The notes below the pieces were generated by a model, which worked only from the letters and a program-made list of their open reading frames with translations, did not search any database and was not told the DNA's origin. A DNA stretch of 64,000 bases from Octopus sinensis (Eukaryota). A program made the position numbers and the translations under genes. The DNA is taken from NCBI RefSeq assembly GCF_006345805.1, contig NC_042998.1, positions 38,750,001 to 38,814,000 of the forward strand. Direction: 5' to 3'. This document shows positions 37,855 to 49,702 of this stretch, in pieces. How positions within the stretch are numbered: position 1 is the stretch's first letter; each line of letters starts with the position of its first letter.

Positions 37855-38510
37855 AGTGACACACACTGCAGAATGTCATAAGTTGATGCAGGGAGAATAT
37901 AAGAAATGGGGGCATGACCAAGTTGTGAACATTTAACGCTGGAAGTTTGTCAGAAGCGGGGGGTTAGGCTGGAGGTACGTGGTATGATCATTGGATTGAA
38001 AGAGTGCTGGTGTCGGAGAAATGCAAAATTCTGTGGGATTTTCCTATTCAAATGAATAAGAAGTTAGAAAATAATAGACCAGACACAACAATATTTGACA
38101 AGGAAAAGTGAAGTTGCTTACTTATTAATCCATCATGTCCGTTTGATTCCAGGATTGTAAAGAAAGGGGATGAAAAATTAAAAATGCAATCCTTTAAAAT
38201 ATGAAATTGCAAGAATTTGGAGTATGAAAACTGTAAAGGTTTTGCCTGTAATAACTGATGCATTGGGAACTGTGAGTGAAGATGTAGACAAATGACTGAA
38301 AGAGATTAGAAGAGAATGTTCTGTAGAGCTTCTATAGAAAGGTTGCCTCTTAGGGACGGGAAAGATTATCAGAGAGTTTTTAAGCACTTGAAAGTCTGTT
38401 GAAAGCTTGTGAATACCTAAGGTTACAAGAAGTAACCAGCTACCCACATAAACTCTACCCGGAATAAGAATGAACCTGAGTCAATTCACCAATAATAATA
38501 ATAATAATAA
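37855..38510 (+). mobile_element. Degraded R4/Dong-type LINE 3' end
   Basis: KILWDFPIQMNKKLENNRPD, PSCPFDSRI, DALGTV, KGCLLGTGKIIR with stops; (AAT)n tail. Confidence 0.8.
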
Positions 38511-39989
38511 TGTCGGTTTGAACGAGGCTTGAATTCAATTTCAATTTAGAAGTCTGGAGATATAGGGCATAAAATATACTACATCTTGGGCGTATTATAC
38601 TATTTTTGTTGTCTTGCTCCATCTCGGTCTCATCTTGAAGGTGGAGAAGTTTTGGTGTCCATAAAATAACCTTCAATTGTTGTCCTTATTTAAAACACAA
38701 AGATAAGATCTGTATGTTTGTATTTCTATTTTGTTAACTGAATTGACACGTCCCATAACTAAAATCTAGGACATACTTTTATCAACATACTAATAGTTTA
38801 TTAGTTTTTAATTGAACGAAATTGCGTTGGTTAAATCCAAAAGATATATTGGAACCTACAGTCTCCAGCTCAAGAATTTGCATTGAAATCAACGACGTCT
38901 CACAAACGCAAAGAAAATTAAAACCACATTTAAGCTGAATTCTTGAGAAGAAAGCAACTTTCATGTTGTTAAATTTACATCCAGGATGTTGACTTCACTT
39001 GACGTCATTTTTTACTGACGTTTTAAACTCTCTTTATTTGTGCATTTAATGGTTATTCTTCCTCCTGTTTTTATGTATGATTAAACTTTGTACTCTATGA
39101 ATAATTTTCCGGCTAGCTTCGTTGGTAGATGTTGTAGACTTAAAAAATTCAAAGTTAAAATTATTAATTCAAATGTATATGAAAGTATTGAGTATAAAGT
39201 TTTACCAGATAGACGACTACCTGCATCATGTTTTGTAGAAATATTCAGAACCAATTGCGTATTTTCTAAGATGAATACCATAGCGACGATCAGTCAACAT
39301 GGGCATTCTAATCTAATTTGTGGAATATTCATTCTTTAACAGGTCATCAGTCTCCAGACATAATTATCAGTTCTTCATAAACTTCTAAACATACGCACAC
39401 ATTCACACACACACGTACATATATACGTGTATGTATGTGTGTGTGTATGTATGTATGTTAGCATAGTCTAGTCTGTCAGCTGGATAATGTTTGCTGCACG
39501 AGAAAGTTTCTTTTCATATTTGTTCACATTGTTGACCTGACTCAGGCTTATGCAACACTTCACAGGTTACATCGTCTCAAACATTGAAAGGTTTTACTAT
39601 TCATATAATTTCATTTATTTTTATAGGAATTAGTTTTTAATAAATGTCAGCCTACTGAATCAACTAAATGCCTTTCACAATGGCTTAAAGTGTATTTATT
39701 GTCTTAAAACTATTGAATTGTTGGGCGAATATTATTTCAGGCGAGTCAGAAAATATTTAATAATTTATTATAAATATAGCTTAAAACGTTTATTATTCTA
39801 TGTGAAAAATTATGATTGAGACAATGTGAATGTCAGCAATTGCTTTCATCCCTTTTATTAAAATATTTCTACGTAACATGTGATTATTATCAACTTCCAA
39901 AAGTAATGCATTTGATTTTAATACAACAAAGTAGATCTTTCTTCACATTCAATTTTCCCATACAAAAACGAAAATAGTATATTGGCAAT

Positions 39990-40285
39990 GCTTTCAAACC
40001 CAACCTCATAAAATTTTGTCTGTGAATGTGCGTAGGAGCGAGAAAGAAAACAAAGACCAGGCACAGACACCGTTTCTGTGCGTGCACGTGTATACACAGA
40101 CACATATACTTACACAGATGCGCGTACACACAGACACATATACGACAGGCTTGAACACGGTTTCCGTCAATCAATTTCAGTCACAAGTCCCTGGTGGGGC
40201 CAGAGCTATACTACATGACACTTTTATAAGGTGCAGCTCAGTAGAAATGAAACAGAGACCACATGATTGCGAAGAAACCTCCTTA
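39990..40285 (-). mobile_element. Old SINE family 1 copy
   Basis: Minus strand GGTTAAGGAGG..CAATCATGTGG..GCACCTT..TATAGCTCTGGCC..GACGGAAACCG..AGCCTGTCGTATATG. Confidence 0.6.
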
Positions 40286-40289
40286 ACCT

Positions 40290-40790
40290 GCAACTGGTGT
40301 GCATGATGGCAACTGACAGAGCCAGCTTGGGATACGTTACAACGACTAAGGTTGTGAAGACCCATTTTAAGGAGATGCATCAGTTCATTCGGATGCAGGT
40401 CTGAGAAGCCGTAAGGAAGAGCCAAACAACGGGAATTGCTGAGCTCGGGCAACAGGGAGCAGGGTCGAAGAGTGTGCAAAAGGGCAAGATTAATAGTTAG
40501 GCATTATACTTGCGCACTTCCGTCATGTCCCATTAATTGTCCAGACAATATGAGACTCTCACATGACAATCTTCACATGAGGGAAAAAAGTGAGACACCG
40601 TTCATGCCTCCCACTGGAAAAGGAGGTCCTTGGATGAGATTTTTTTATATTTGTCCAACAGTTCTTAGATAACGTTGCTATCAATGGCATCCTGACCAAG
40701 TTCTCAAAGTGGTTGCTGAGAGGTTAGCGACTGCCGTCAGCACACGTGAGCACCACAGCTCCCCAAAGAAATGACCAAGAGAAACCGCAT
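40290..40790 (+). mobile_element. Second HERO-type LINE relic
   Basis: DNLHMREKSETP..CPTVL..YQWHPDQVLKVVAERLATAV, corresponding to NLH.WG.SETP.C..HILS.CP.AL..RY.WRHDQVLK. Confidence 0.7.
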
Positions 40791-41055
40791 CCAGAACCAC
40801 GATCAAGGGTGGACAATGTCGAAACCAAGGCGACTGAAGAAGGGGAATTTCCTTGTGTTACTTGTCCTGTACTCTATTTTTTCGTTGTTTAAGAAAAATG
40901 TCCAGTTCCTTGGTTTTGTGTTATGTTTTCTTTCCTCATTGTGTTCGACGTTTTTTTTTTTTTGGTGTCCTGTACCCATATATGCATGTATATATACATG
41001 TAGAGGTAGGTACGTACATATATATATGTATATATGCATATGTTTTATTTATTAA

Positions 41056-41100
<45 letters not shown>

Positions 41101-41113
41101 CACACACACACAC

Positions 41114-41179
<66 letters not shown>

Positions 41180-41180
<1 letters not shown>

Positions 41181-43546
41181 TAGCAGAATTGCCCGGCGTT
41201 GCTCAGGGCTGAATTGCTTGAAAGTACTGTTAATGATTGTACTGAATTATGATGATTATTCAGGCAAATATTGATATAAGTTTACGGCGAATGAATGTAT
41301 TTGTAAGTGTATAGAAAGCCGTGTAAAGGGGTTCCTACCCCCTCGTAGAATGGTGTAAGAATTGAATGCGAGGTTGCTTTGAAAAGAGCCATGTTATTGT
41401 TCTCATAATTGTAAGAATTTGATAGTCTTGGAAGTCGATGTAAAACGTTCGCACGTGAATAGGGTATCTTCGTTTTCCACGAACGGCAGCGGATGTGCTG
41501 TTACAAAACTTCATGCTGTGTTAAAAGAGAATGGATGCCCTATGTAGGCAAGAGGGGAATGAAGCATGGGTAAGTAAATATGGGTAAATTATAAAATATA
41601 GAACAATAGCATCTACTCACCATATGTCAGACCGGCAAGACTGTAGTGGTGCTGATTAGATGAATCACAACACAGTGGTGGATATGTTTTCATTGATGGG
41701 CGTTATGATTAAATTTGTTGTATAAAATTATCTGTTGCTTAGTTTCCAAAGTGTATGTTGCGATCGTGTTGTCGCTTATGTAAACTTTAACAGTGAGAGT
41801 GTAGATGTAGGTGGTAGATGTGTCATGTACGTTGGATATAGAAGATGAGGCTGGTGGTTTATTGATGAATGGATAGAAATAGAGGTGAGCGAAGGACAGG
41901 TGTTGGTTAAGTGTGAATTAATGTCATGAAACGCCTAAAAATGTAAATGCCATCATAAAAGAGAGTCGTATGTAAGTGAAATACTAACGTGTTCAAAAAT
42001 GATGAAACGTAGTAATCCTATAAAACCTCCTTGTACACAATGTTTTTTGTTTTTCGTTGTGGAACGAATGCGAAAGCATCACTGTTGCTGCCGACACACG
42101 AGCAGCCAACATAAAGCTGACCATGAGAGGAACATGGCTCTCCCAAATGTATTCCCGCCACAGACAGTGTTTGACCCTGCGCTTTAATTGACATTGCGAA
42201 ACATGGCCTTACTGGGAACTGGGACCTCCGAAATATGAAAGGTAGGTCTGCTCCTGATGGGAAAAGATGCATCCTAGGTATGAGCACAACGTTGCCTCGA
42301 CCGCACCCTGTGATAATAGTGGCCTCAATCAGATTGGGAGATAAGGACTTAACGATCAAACGTGTGCCATTGCATTGTTTTGGGGGAACCAAATTTCTAA
42401 TGAGCATTATAGGGGCACCAACTTTAAGTTTGAGAATGTGTGGTGGTAGTCCGGGGTGCTCGGGAACACTGCATCTCTGAGATCAGAAGGCGTTTTAACA
42501 ATGGTACAATCGTACAATGGTACAATCGATGACAATATTACCATTTTCATCCCCTGGTATTTTGCCTTCGCCAAGTGCAAGGAGGGTGTGAGAAAATGCT
42601 GCTGATGTGATATTACGTCGCATATGAGCACGCATATTGGTGTGAAGTTTGAGAGTCTTCACCAGTGGCCACAATGTGGATGACTTAAGACACGCACTTA
42701 CTGCATCAGCTCTAGTCCCTTTGGGAATAACGGGAAGAAGAAGTGTTATGGTTCCCATGGGAGCTGAAGAGTGTTTGATGTCTCTGAGAGATCTATCTAG
42801 TGCCTCAAGAGCACGTCTGTGGGCCATCGTGCATTCATCCCAAACGATAACCTTGCATCGTCTGAAGACTTCTGCCTGATCGGAGCTGTTACTGATGTTG
42901 CAAGTTGGTGTCTCAGTCTTCGCTAAGTGAAGCGGAAGCTTGAAAGTGGAGTGAGCTGTCCTGCCGCCTGGCAACAAAGTAGCCGCAATTCCAGATGATG
43001 CCACAGCTAGGGCAATGCGTTGTGTTCGCTTAATCTCAGCCAATATTAATTTGTTGACAAAAGTTTTCCCAGTGCCCCCAGGAGCGTCCAGGAAAAAAAT
43101 CCTCCCAAAGGCATTTTAACAAAAATGCTTCCGTAAAGACGGTGAAAATATTGTCAATTTCCCCAAACAGGGACACAATTCAATTTTGAAACAATAACCA
43201 AAGCCCCTTCTCCGAAAGGGGGAGGGTTACGGTTTACAATTATTTAACAAATGCAACACAACAACGATTCCCTGGCGAGGAACCAACAAACGTGATTACA
43301 ATAGTCAAACAGTAATAATAATAACAACAAACCTTTTTAATTTATCCCCATTTATGTGAAACCACTTATTCAAGTTCAAGTCATTGATGCAATTTTATAC
43401 GAATTGCTAATACACACGCATAATAGGGTTGAAAAATTGAATATTAATTTGATTAATATGAATTGAAAACCAGTGGTGTAGCATATAAGACCATAGCGGA
43501 TCTTCCTCTAGCAAAAACGATGACCACTATTAATGGCTCATCCCTG

Positions 43547-43585
<39 letters not shown>

Positions 43586-44221
43586 CACTCACACACACAC
43601 TAACACACACACGCACACACACAAACACACACACACACCTTAGCTTACAATTTTCTTTCAACAATTGACACTGTCATATATGTATATGTTTGCGTATCTA
43701 TGTGTGTAAAGAGGAAGTGGGAGTAATAGGCAGAGTGAAGCCTTTGAAGTGAGAGAGGTAAATCGCAAAATATTGAGTTTTCTCGAATTTTTGCTTAATT
43801 GGGGGTCAAATTGATAGAAATTTATATGCGATGACCGAATGGAATGTACTTGGAAAAATCCTAGGTAAACTCTAATTGAAGAAATTGTGTGAGGAGTAAA
43901 TCGTTATGTATGTATTTGTTTCTGTTTGCTCTGTATTTATTTTAGTAGTGGTTTAAAGTACATTTGCAAAGAGAAAGTAGGAGTAATTATGGTAATAGCA
44001 TGAGTGAAGCAGTTTAAATTAGAGAAGCAAATCGTAAAATATTTACTTTTCTCGAATTTTTGCTTAATTGGGGGTCAAATAGAAAAAGCTTTACATGCCA
44101 TGACCCAATCGAATCTACTTATAAAAATCGTTGGTAAATTCCAATTGAAGAAATTCTATATTGTACAATTGTATAAAAAACGAACGGTTTGGGAGGCAGA
44201 GAAAATTTGCCTTTTATCATA

Positions 44222-44224
<3 letters not shown>
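41180..44224 (-). mobile_element. Internally deleted Helitron with both termini (3045 bp)
   Basis: Minus strand begins A|TCTTATGATAAAAGGC at 44224 and ends with a hairpin (GCCC..GGGC) plus CTGCTAG|T at 41180; no TSD; Pif1 helicase inside; no Rep domain recognised. Confidence 0.9.
42018..43110 (-). pseudogene. Helitron Pif1-family helicase (frameshifted)
   Basis: FFLDAPGGTGKTF (Walker A), AVASSGIAATLLPGGRTAHSTFKLP, IVWDECTM, CNGTRLIV, QFPVRPCFAMSI.KAQGQTL, HGQLYVGCS, TKNIVYKEVL*. Confidence 0.93.
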
Positions 44225-44267
<43 letters not shown>

Positions 44268-44271
<4 letters not shown>

Positions 44272-44915
44272 AACAGAAGGAAATGGAGAAATTGACATGC
44301 AGGCATCAGTTTATTTAAAGATATTCAAATCCAAATAATGAAATTCCAGTCCTACAGCCGTTTCCATATCCAATTAGTTCAATTATAGAAATTAAACTAA
44401 ACTAATTTAATTTAATTTACATTTTCATATTGGAACATGGTTTTCCATGTGTTCACGCATGTAAATGCACTCTTAAAATCTACCATTAAATATACAAAGA
44501 TCATTGATGATTAGCGTTAAATTATGGTTAGTAGTTGTAATATTGATGAAAAATATATATATAATATGATATGATATTTTAATTAAATTGTGCTGATGGA
44601 CCTCATGTCATCTATACGTTGCAGTGGATTTGTATTGTACAATAGATGCAATGAAGCACGTTCTCATAAATATATCGTTGAAATTCTTATAATAATTTAT
44701 AAAACTAAATTTGAGATAAAACATATTATTTTAATAGTAATTACAACTTTAGTGTACTTAGTTTCAACATAAATCATCTATAAATAGAATCTGGTCAAAT
44801 CTAGTTTTTGCAATACCGTTATATGGTAATTAACCGGCAGTTATATTATTTTATTGTCTTCAGTATTTTAACAAACGCATGCACAACGACTTTATGAATG
44901 TTACCACGCTCTCCC

Positions 44916-44967
<52 letters not shown>

Positions 44968-46034
44968 TGTCACACCACCACAAATGAAGTCCATCATATA
45001 TTACATACGCACGTTCACAAATATATCAAACGTATTTGTTTTTATGTGTATATGTATGAAATACATTGGAGGACTGGAATTTCATTAATTTCAATATTTC
45101 GAGGTCTGCATGTCAGTTTCTCAATATTTTTCTATTTGTCATTCATATATATATATATTATATATATATATATATATATATGAGAAACAGAAGGAAATGG
45201 AGAAATTGACATGCAGGCATCAGTTTATTTAAAGATATTCAAATCCAAATAATGAAATTCCAGTCCTACAGCCGTTTCCATATCCAATTAGTTCAATTAT
45301 AGAAATTAAACTAAACTAATTTAATTTAATTACATTTTCATATTGGAACATGGTTTTCCGTGTGTTCACGTATGTAAATGGACTCTTAAAATCTACCATT
45401 AAATATACAAAGATCATTGATGATTAGCGTTAAATTATGGTTAGTAGTTGTAATATTGATGAAAAATATATATATAATATGATATGATATTTTAATTAAA
45501 TTGTGCTGATGGACCTCATGTCATCTATACGTTGCAGTGGATTTGTATTGTACAATAGATGCAATGAAGCACGTTTCTCATAAATATATCGTTGAAATTC
45601 TTATAATAATTTATAAAACTAAATTTGAGATAAAACATATTATTTTAATAGTAATTACAACTTTAGTGTACTTAGTTTCAACATAAATCATCTATAAATA
45701 GAATCTGGTCAAATCTAGTTTTTGCAATACCGTTATATGGTAATTAACCGGCAGTTATATTATTTTATTGTCTTCAGTATTTTAACAAACGCATGCACAA
45801 CGACTTTATGAATGTTACCACGCTCTCCCTCACTCTCTCTCTCTCTCTCTCCCTCTGTCACACCACCACAAATGAAGTCCATCATATATTACATACGCAC
45901 GTTCACAAATATATCAAACGTATTTGTTTTTATGTGTATATGTATGAAATACATTGGAGGACTGGAATTTCATTAATTTCAATATTTCGAGGTCTGCATG
46001 TCAGTTTCTCAATATTTTTCTATTTGTCATTCAT
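44268..46034. repeat. Tandem duplication, two ~0.87-kb copies (44268-45146, 45182-46034)
   Basis: Offset 914 bp at the start. Copies differ by at least 3 substitutions, a 1-bp indel and (CT)n length. Junctions lie in (TA)n tracts. Confidence 0.95.
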
Positions 46035-46044
46035 ATAATATATA

Positions 46045-46079
<35 letters not shown>

Positions 46080-46139
46080 CCAATGCAAAACTAATATATT
46101 TAGGTTCCGCTGAACACGGGTATAAACCAGAAAAGAGTA

Positions 46140-46343
46140 TTTGTGTGTGTGTCTTTGTGTCGGATTTTGTCCTCCACCACTGCTTCACAACCGATGTTGG
46201 TGTGTCTACTTTCTCGTTACTTCGCAGTTCGGCAAAAGAGATCGATATGATGAGCACCAAACTTGCAAAGAATAAGTCCTGCGTTCGATCTCTTCAACTA
46301 AAAGCCTTTAAGGTGGTGTTCCAGTATGGCCACAATCAAATGA
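46140..46343 (+). mobile_element. SINE family 1, 3' half
   Basis: CCACCACTGCTTCACAACCGATGTTGGTGTG..GTTCGGCAAAAGAG..AAGAATAAGTCCTG..ATGGCCACAATCAAATGA. Confidence 0.75.
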
Positions 46344-46355
46344 GTATATCATTTA

Positions 46356-46393
<38 letters not shown>

Positions 46394-46988
46394 CTTCGTG
46401 TGTGTATCTCGTGTGTGTGTGTGTTATTTAAAACAATTTTATTCGGCTCTATATTCGTCACCACCACTTGTATGCATGTCAGTCACACACGCACACAGTT
46501 ATACACACATACAGAAACACACCTACACACACGGATACATCCCTCAGGGCAAAAAGATTCACCCACCCAGACACACACACAGAGGTCACATCAGCACTGC
46601 CTCCACGCAGATACAGCCACAGGCCCACTCACACCCTCACGTAATGCTCACATATCCCCCCCTCATGCCCCATCACAGCCACACCACAGGACATACAAAT
46701 CCAAATGTACATTAACACCCATAGTCTCACATGTCTGCAGGCAAGTACACTTAAACACTCTCATAATTATACACACACACACATATTCATACACAGATAT
46801 ACACATGTACACATCAGTACACACCTGAGACTTCCATTCAGCACATACATACATACACAGGCATATAGGAACGCGTCAACGCTGCACTTACATGCACACA
46901 CAAGACTACTAGACACACATGGAGGCACAGAACAATAAACAGCACATGAGCAAAAGCCCACACACCTGTCCATGGACAAATGCCCCAC

Positions 46989-47126
46989 CTGTCCATGGGT
47001 ATATAGCAATGTATGGAATGATAGCATCATGTTCACTGTTCAATGTGGATTGTGTGTCTTCTATGCACTGTGCGTTGCATCTGGTGCTATTGCATCGTTC
47101 CACGCCCCACAAGGAAGGAGCGCATC
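46989..47126 (-). CDS. Candidate phase 1-1 exon (138 nt), Cys-rich start
   Basis: Acceptor TGTTTCATCTTCAG, donor CAG|GTGGGG; (G)CAPSLWGVERCNSTRCNAQCIEDTQSTLNSEHDAIIPYIAIYPWT; only one frame is open. Confidence 0.28.
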
Positions 47127-47206
47127 CTGAAGATGAAACAATTATTGTGCTAATATAAATTTCTTTGTTGATACATTCCATCTTCTCTTTTTACCTTTAA
47201 TATATA

Positions 47207-47436
47207 TATTTCTTTACAACCCACAAGGGGCTAAACACAGAGGGGACAAACAAGGACAGACAAAGCGATTAAGTCGATTACATCAACCCCAGTGCGAAAC
47301 TGGTACTTATTTAATCGACCCTGAAAGGATGAAAGACAAAGTCGACCTCGGCGGAATTTGAACTCAGAACGTAACGGCAGACGAAATACGGCTACGCATT
47401 TCACCCGGCGTGCTAACGATTCTGCCAGCTCGCCGC
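47207..47436 (-). mobile_element. Full-length SINE family 2 with 20-bp TSD
   Basis: TSD CTTTTTACCTTTAATATATA (47187-47206) / CTTTTTACCTTCAATATATA (47437-47456). Confidence 0.93.
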
Positions 47437-47461
47437 CTTTTTACCTTCAATATATACCCAA

Positions 47462-47689
47462 AGGTAGCGATCTGGCAGAATCGTTTGTTGGGTGAAATGC
47501 TTAGCGGTATTTCGTCTGCCGTTACGTTCTGAGTTCAAATTCCGCCGAGGTCGACTTTGCCTTTCATTCTTTCGGGGTCGATAAATTAAGTACAAGTTAC
47601 GCACTAGGGTCGATGTAATCGACTTAATCCGTTTGTCTGTCCTTGTTTGTCCCCTCTATGTTTATCCCCTTGTGGGTAATAAAGAAATA
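47462..47689 (+). mobile_element. Full-length SINE family 2 with 13-bp TSD, head-to-head with the previous copy
   Basis: TSD AATATATACCCAA (47449-47461 / 47690-47702). Confidence 0.93.
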
Positions 47690-48099
47690 AATATATACCC
47701 AACGTCTACCTGGAATTATTACAACGATGTTTGCTAAGTATCGCTGATGATTCCTGGTAGCCATAAGTGGTGAACGTGCTCCGCAGACACACGACCTGGG
47801 ACTTGTGCTCAAATAAGGTTTCGATACAGTGTTTAACACGTATTTTCTTAACCTGAATTCTTTAACTTTATATATATATATATATATAATTAGTAGGGTA
47901 ATTCTCCAAATGTTTGCCAGTTCGCTCACAGTTGGGTATTCAAAATAGGTTATTCAACGGTTAATATATCAATTCAATAATGATTCTCATACGATAAGAA
48001 TTTAGAGATATATTCCGTTGGATAACTCTAAATATATTACCTTAACCATATATGTTTCCTGGAGTATATAATATCAATAATAATGATAATAATAATAAT

Positions 48100-48134
<35 letters not shown>

Positions 48135-48277
48135 GGATTATTACGAAGTGGCATAGCATTACTTTTAATTCCTTTATATATAGATACACACACACACACA
48201 CACACACACACAGCTTCGAATAGACCTACACATGTTCTTACTGCATCGCTTAGTAACTGATGTAGTTGCAAACTTAC

Positions 48278-48310
48278 GATAATACCGGTGCAGATTTCTC
48301 AGGGTCTTCA
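48278..48310 (-). CDS. Candidate 33-nt frame-preserving small exon
   Basis: Acceptor TTTCTACTTTAATATTAAAG, donor ATC|GTAAGT; open as KTLRNLHRYY (phase 1) or EDPEKSAPVL (phase 2). Confidence 0.25.
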
Positions 48311-48408
48311 CTTTAATATTAAAGTAGAAACATGTGTTGGTCTATATATAAAAAGGAATTAAAGGTAATGATATGCCACTTCGTAATAACCCTTATTATT
48401 ATCATTGG

Positions 48409-48447
<39 letters not shown>

Positions 48448-48484
48448 TTGTGAGTGTGTGTATAAGTGTATATGTATGTATATA

Positions 48485-48555
<71 letters not shown>

Positions 48556-48756
48556 ATCTTCAACAACAGTATTGTCGACAGTGATTTCTAAGTTTCTGTC
48601 AGTTTTGCCGCCATCGCCATATTCTTGTTAAAGAGTAATAAATTTATACTCTACAAAAGTATTGAATAACCCATCAGATTAATGTAAAATTGTTTTTATC
48701 ATACCTGAAAATAGGAAAAGAATATTAACTCGCTATGCATACCTACATACATATAC

Positions 48757-48811
<55 letters not shown>

Positions 48812-49259
48812 ACACACACACAGAGTACATCCATGCATACATGTACATGTGTGTGAATGTGTGTGTATGTATAAAGGATCCAAAATGATGCATGTTTTTA
48901 TGTGTGGGTATGTATGTGTTTGTGCTCGTGCGTATTGTTTTAACATCTGCTTCACTACAATTTCGCCTCAAGCACATCCTTGGCTGGCGCTGCGCCAAAT
49001 CTACTCTGAAGCAGATAAACTTATATATGTGCGTGTGTGTGTGTGCGTGTTTATATGTGTGTTGGTCTATGTGCCTATGTGTGTGTGTGCGTCTATCGCG
49101 CGCGCGCGTGTATGTGTATGTGTGTGTGTGTACGTGTAAGACATTCGTTAAGCACTTCTTCCTTTATCAGGAGTATAAATAATTTTGACCCAAGTGATTA
49201 CTGACTTCTGGTGAATAGAAAAGTGTAAAATATCGAAATTCATTAAGGCATCCGACTTA

Positions 49260-49641
49260 TCTATATATATATATATAAAGCTGAAGTTGTCTGTGTGTGG
49301 CAGGTTTGGTAGCCTTCAACTAACACTATCTCCTCCGAGACCCTGCGGCGCAAGTTGACCAAAATTGAGAGTATGATAGAAGAAGGCTTGCTCTTCCTTC
49401 CGTTGAAGCGGACCATGTTAACATAAAAAATTATTAACATCAAAATGGTGCTTTTTTCTATGAAAATCCCTATTTTTTACGATTTTTTGACTGCTGTGTC
49501 GCCATTATTCGGTGTATTTCAACCAGAACAATGTTCACTTAAACAGAATAAGAAGCTACTTAAGGCAAAATTTTTACTTTTCAAAAATTCCAATTCTAAA
49601 GGGTCGAAAGAAACCCGAGCAACACCGGGCGATCCTGCTAG
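49260..49641 (+). mobile_element. Non-autonomous Helitron (382 bp)
   Basis: A|TCTATATATA..AAAG 5' end; 3' hairpin CCCGAGCAACACCGGG plus CTGCTAG|T; same 3' design as at 41180. Confidence 0.88.
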
Positions 49642-49664
49642 TATATATATATATATAATGATTA

Positions 49665-49702
<38 letters not shown>

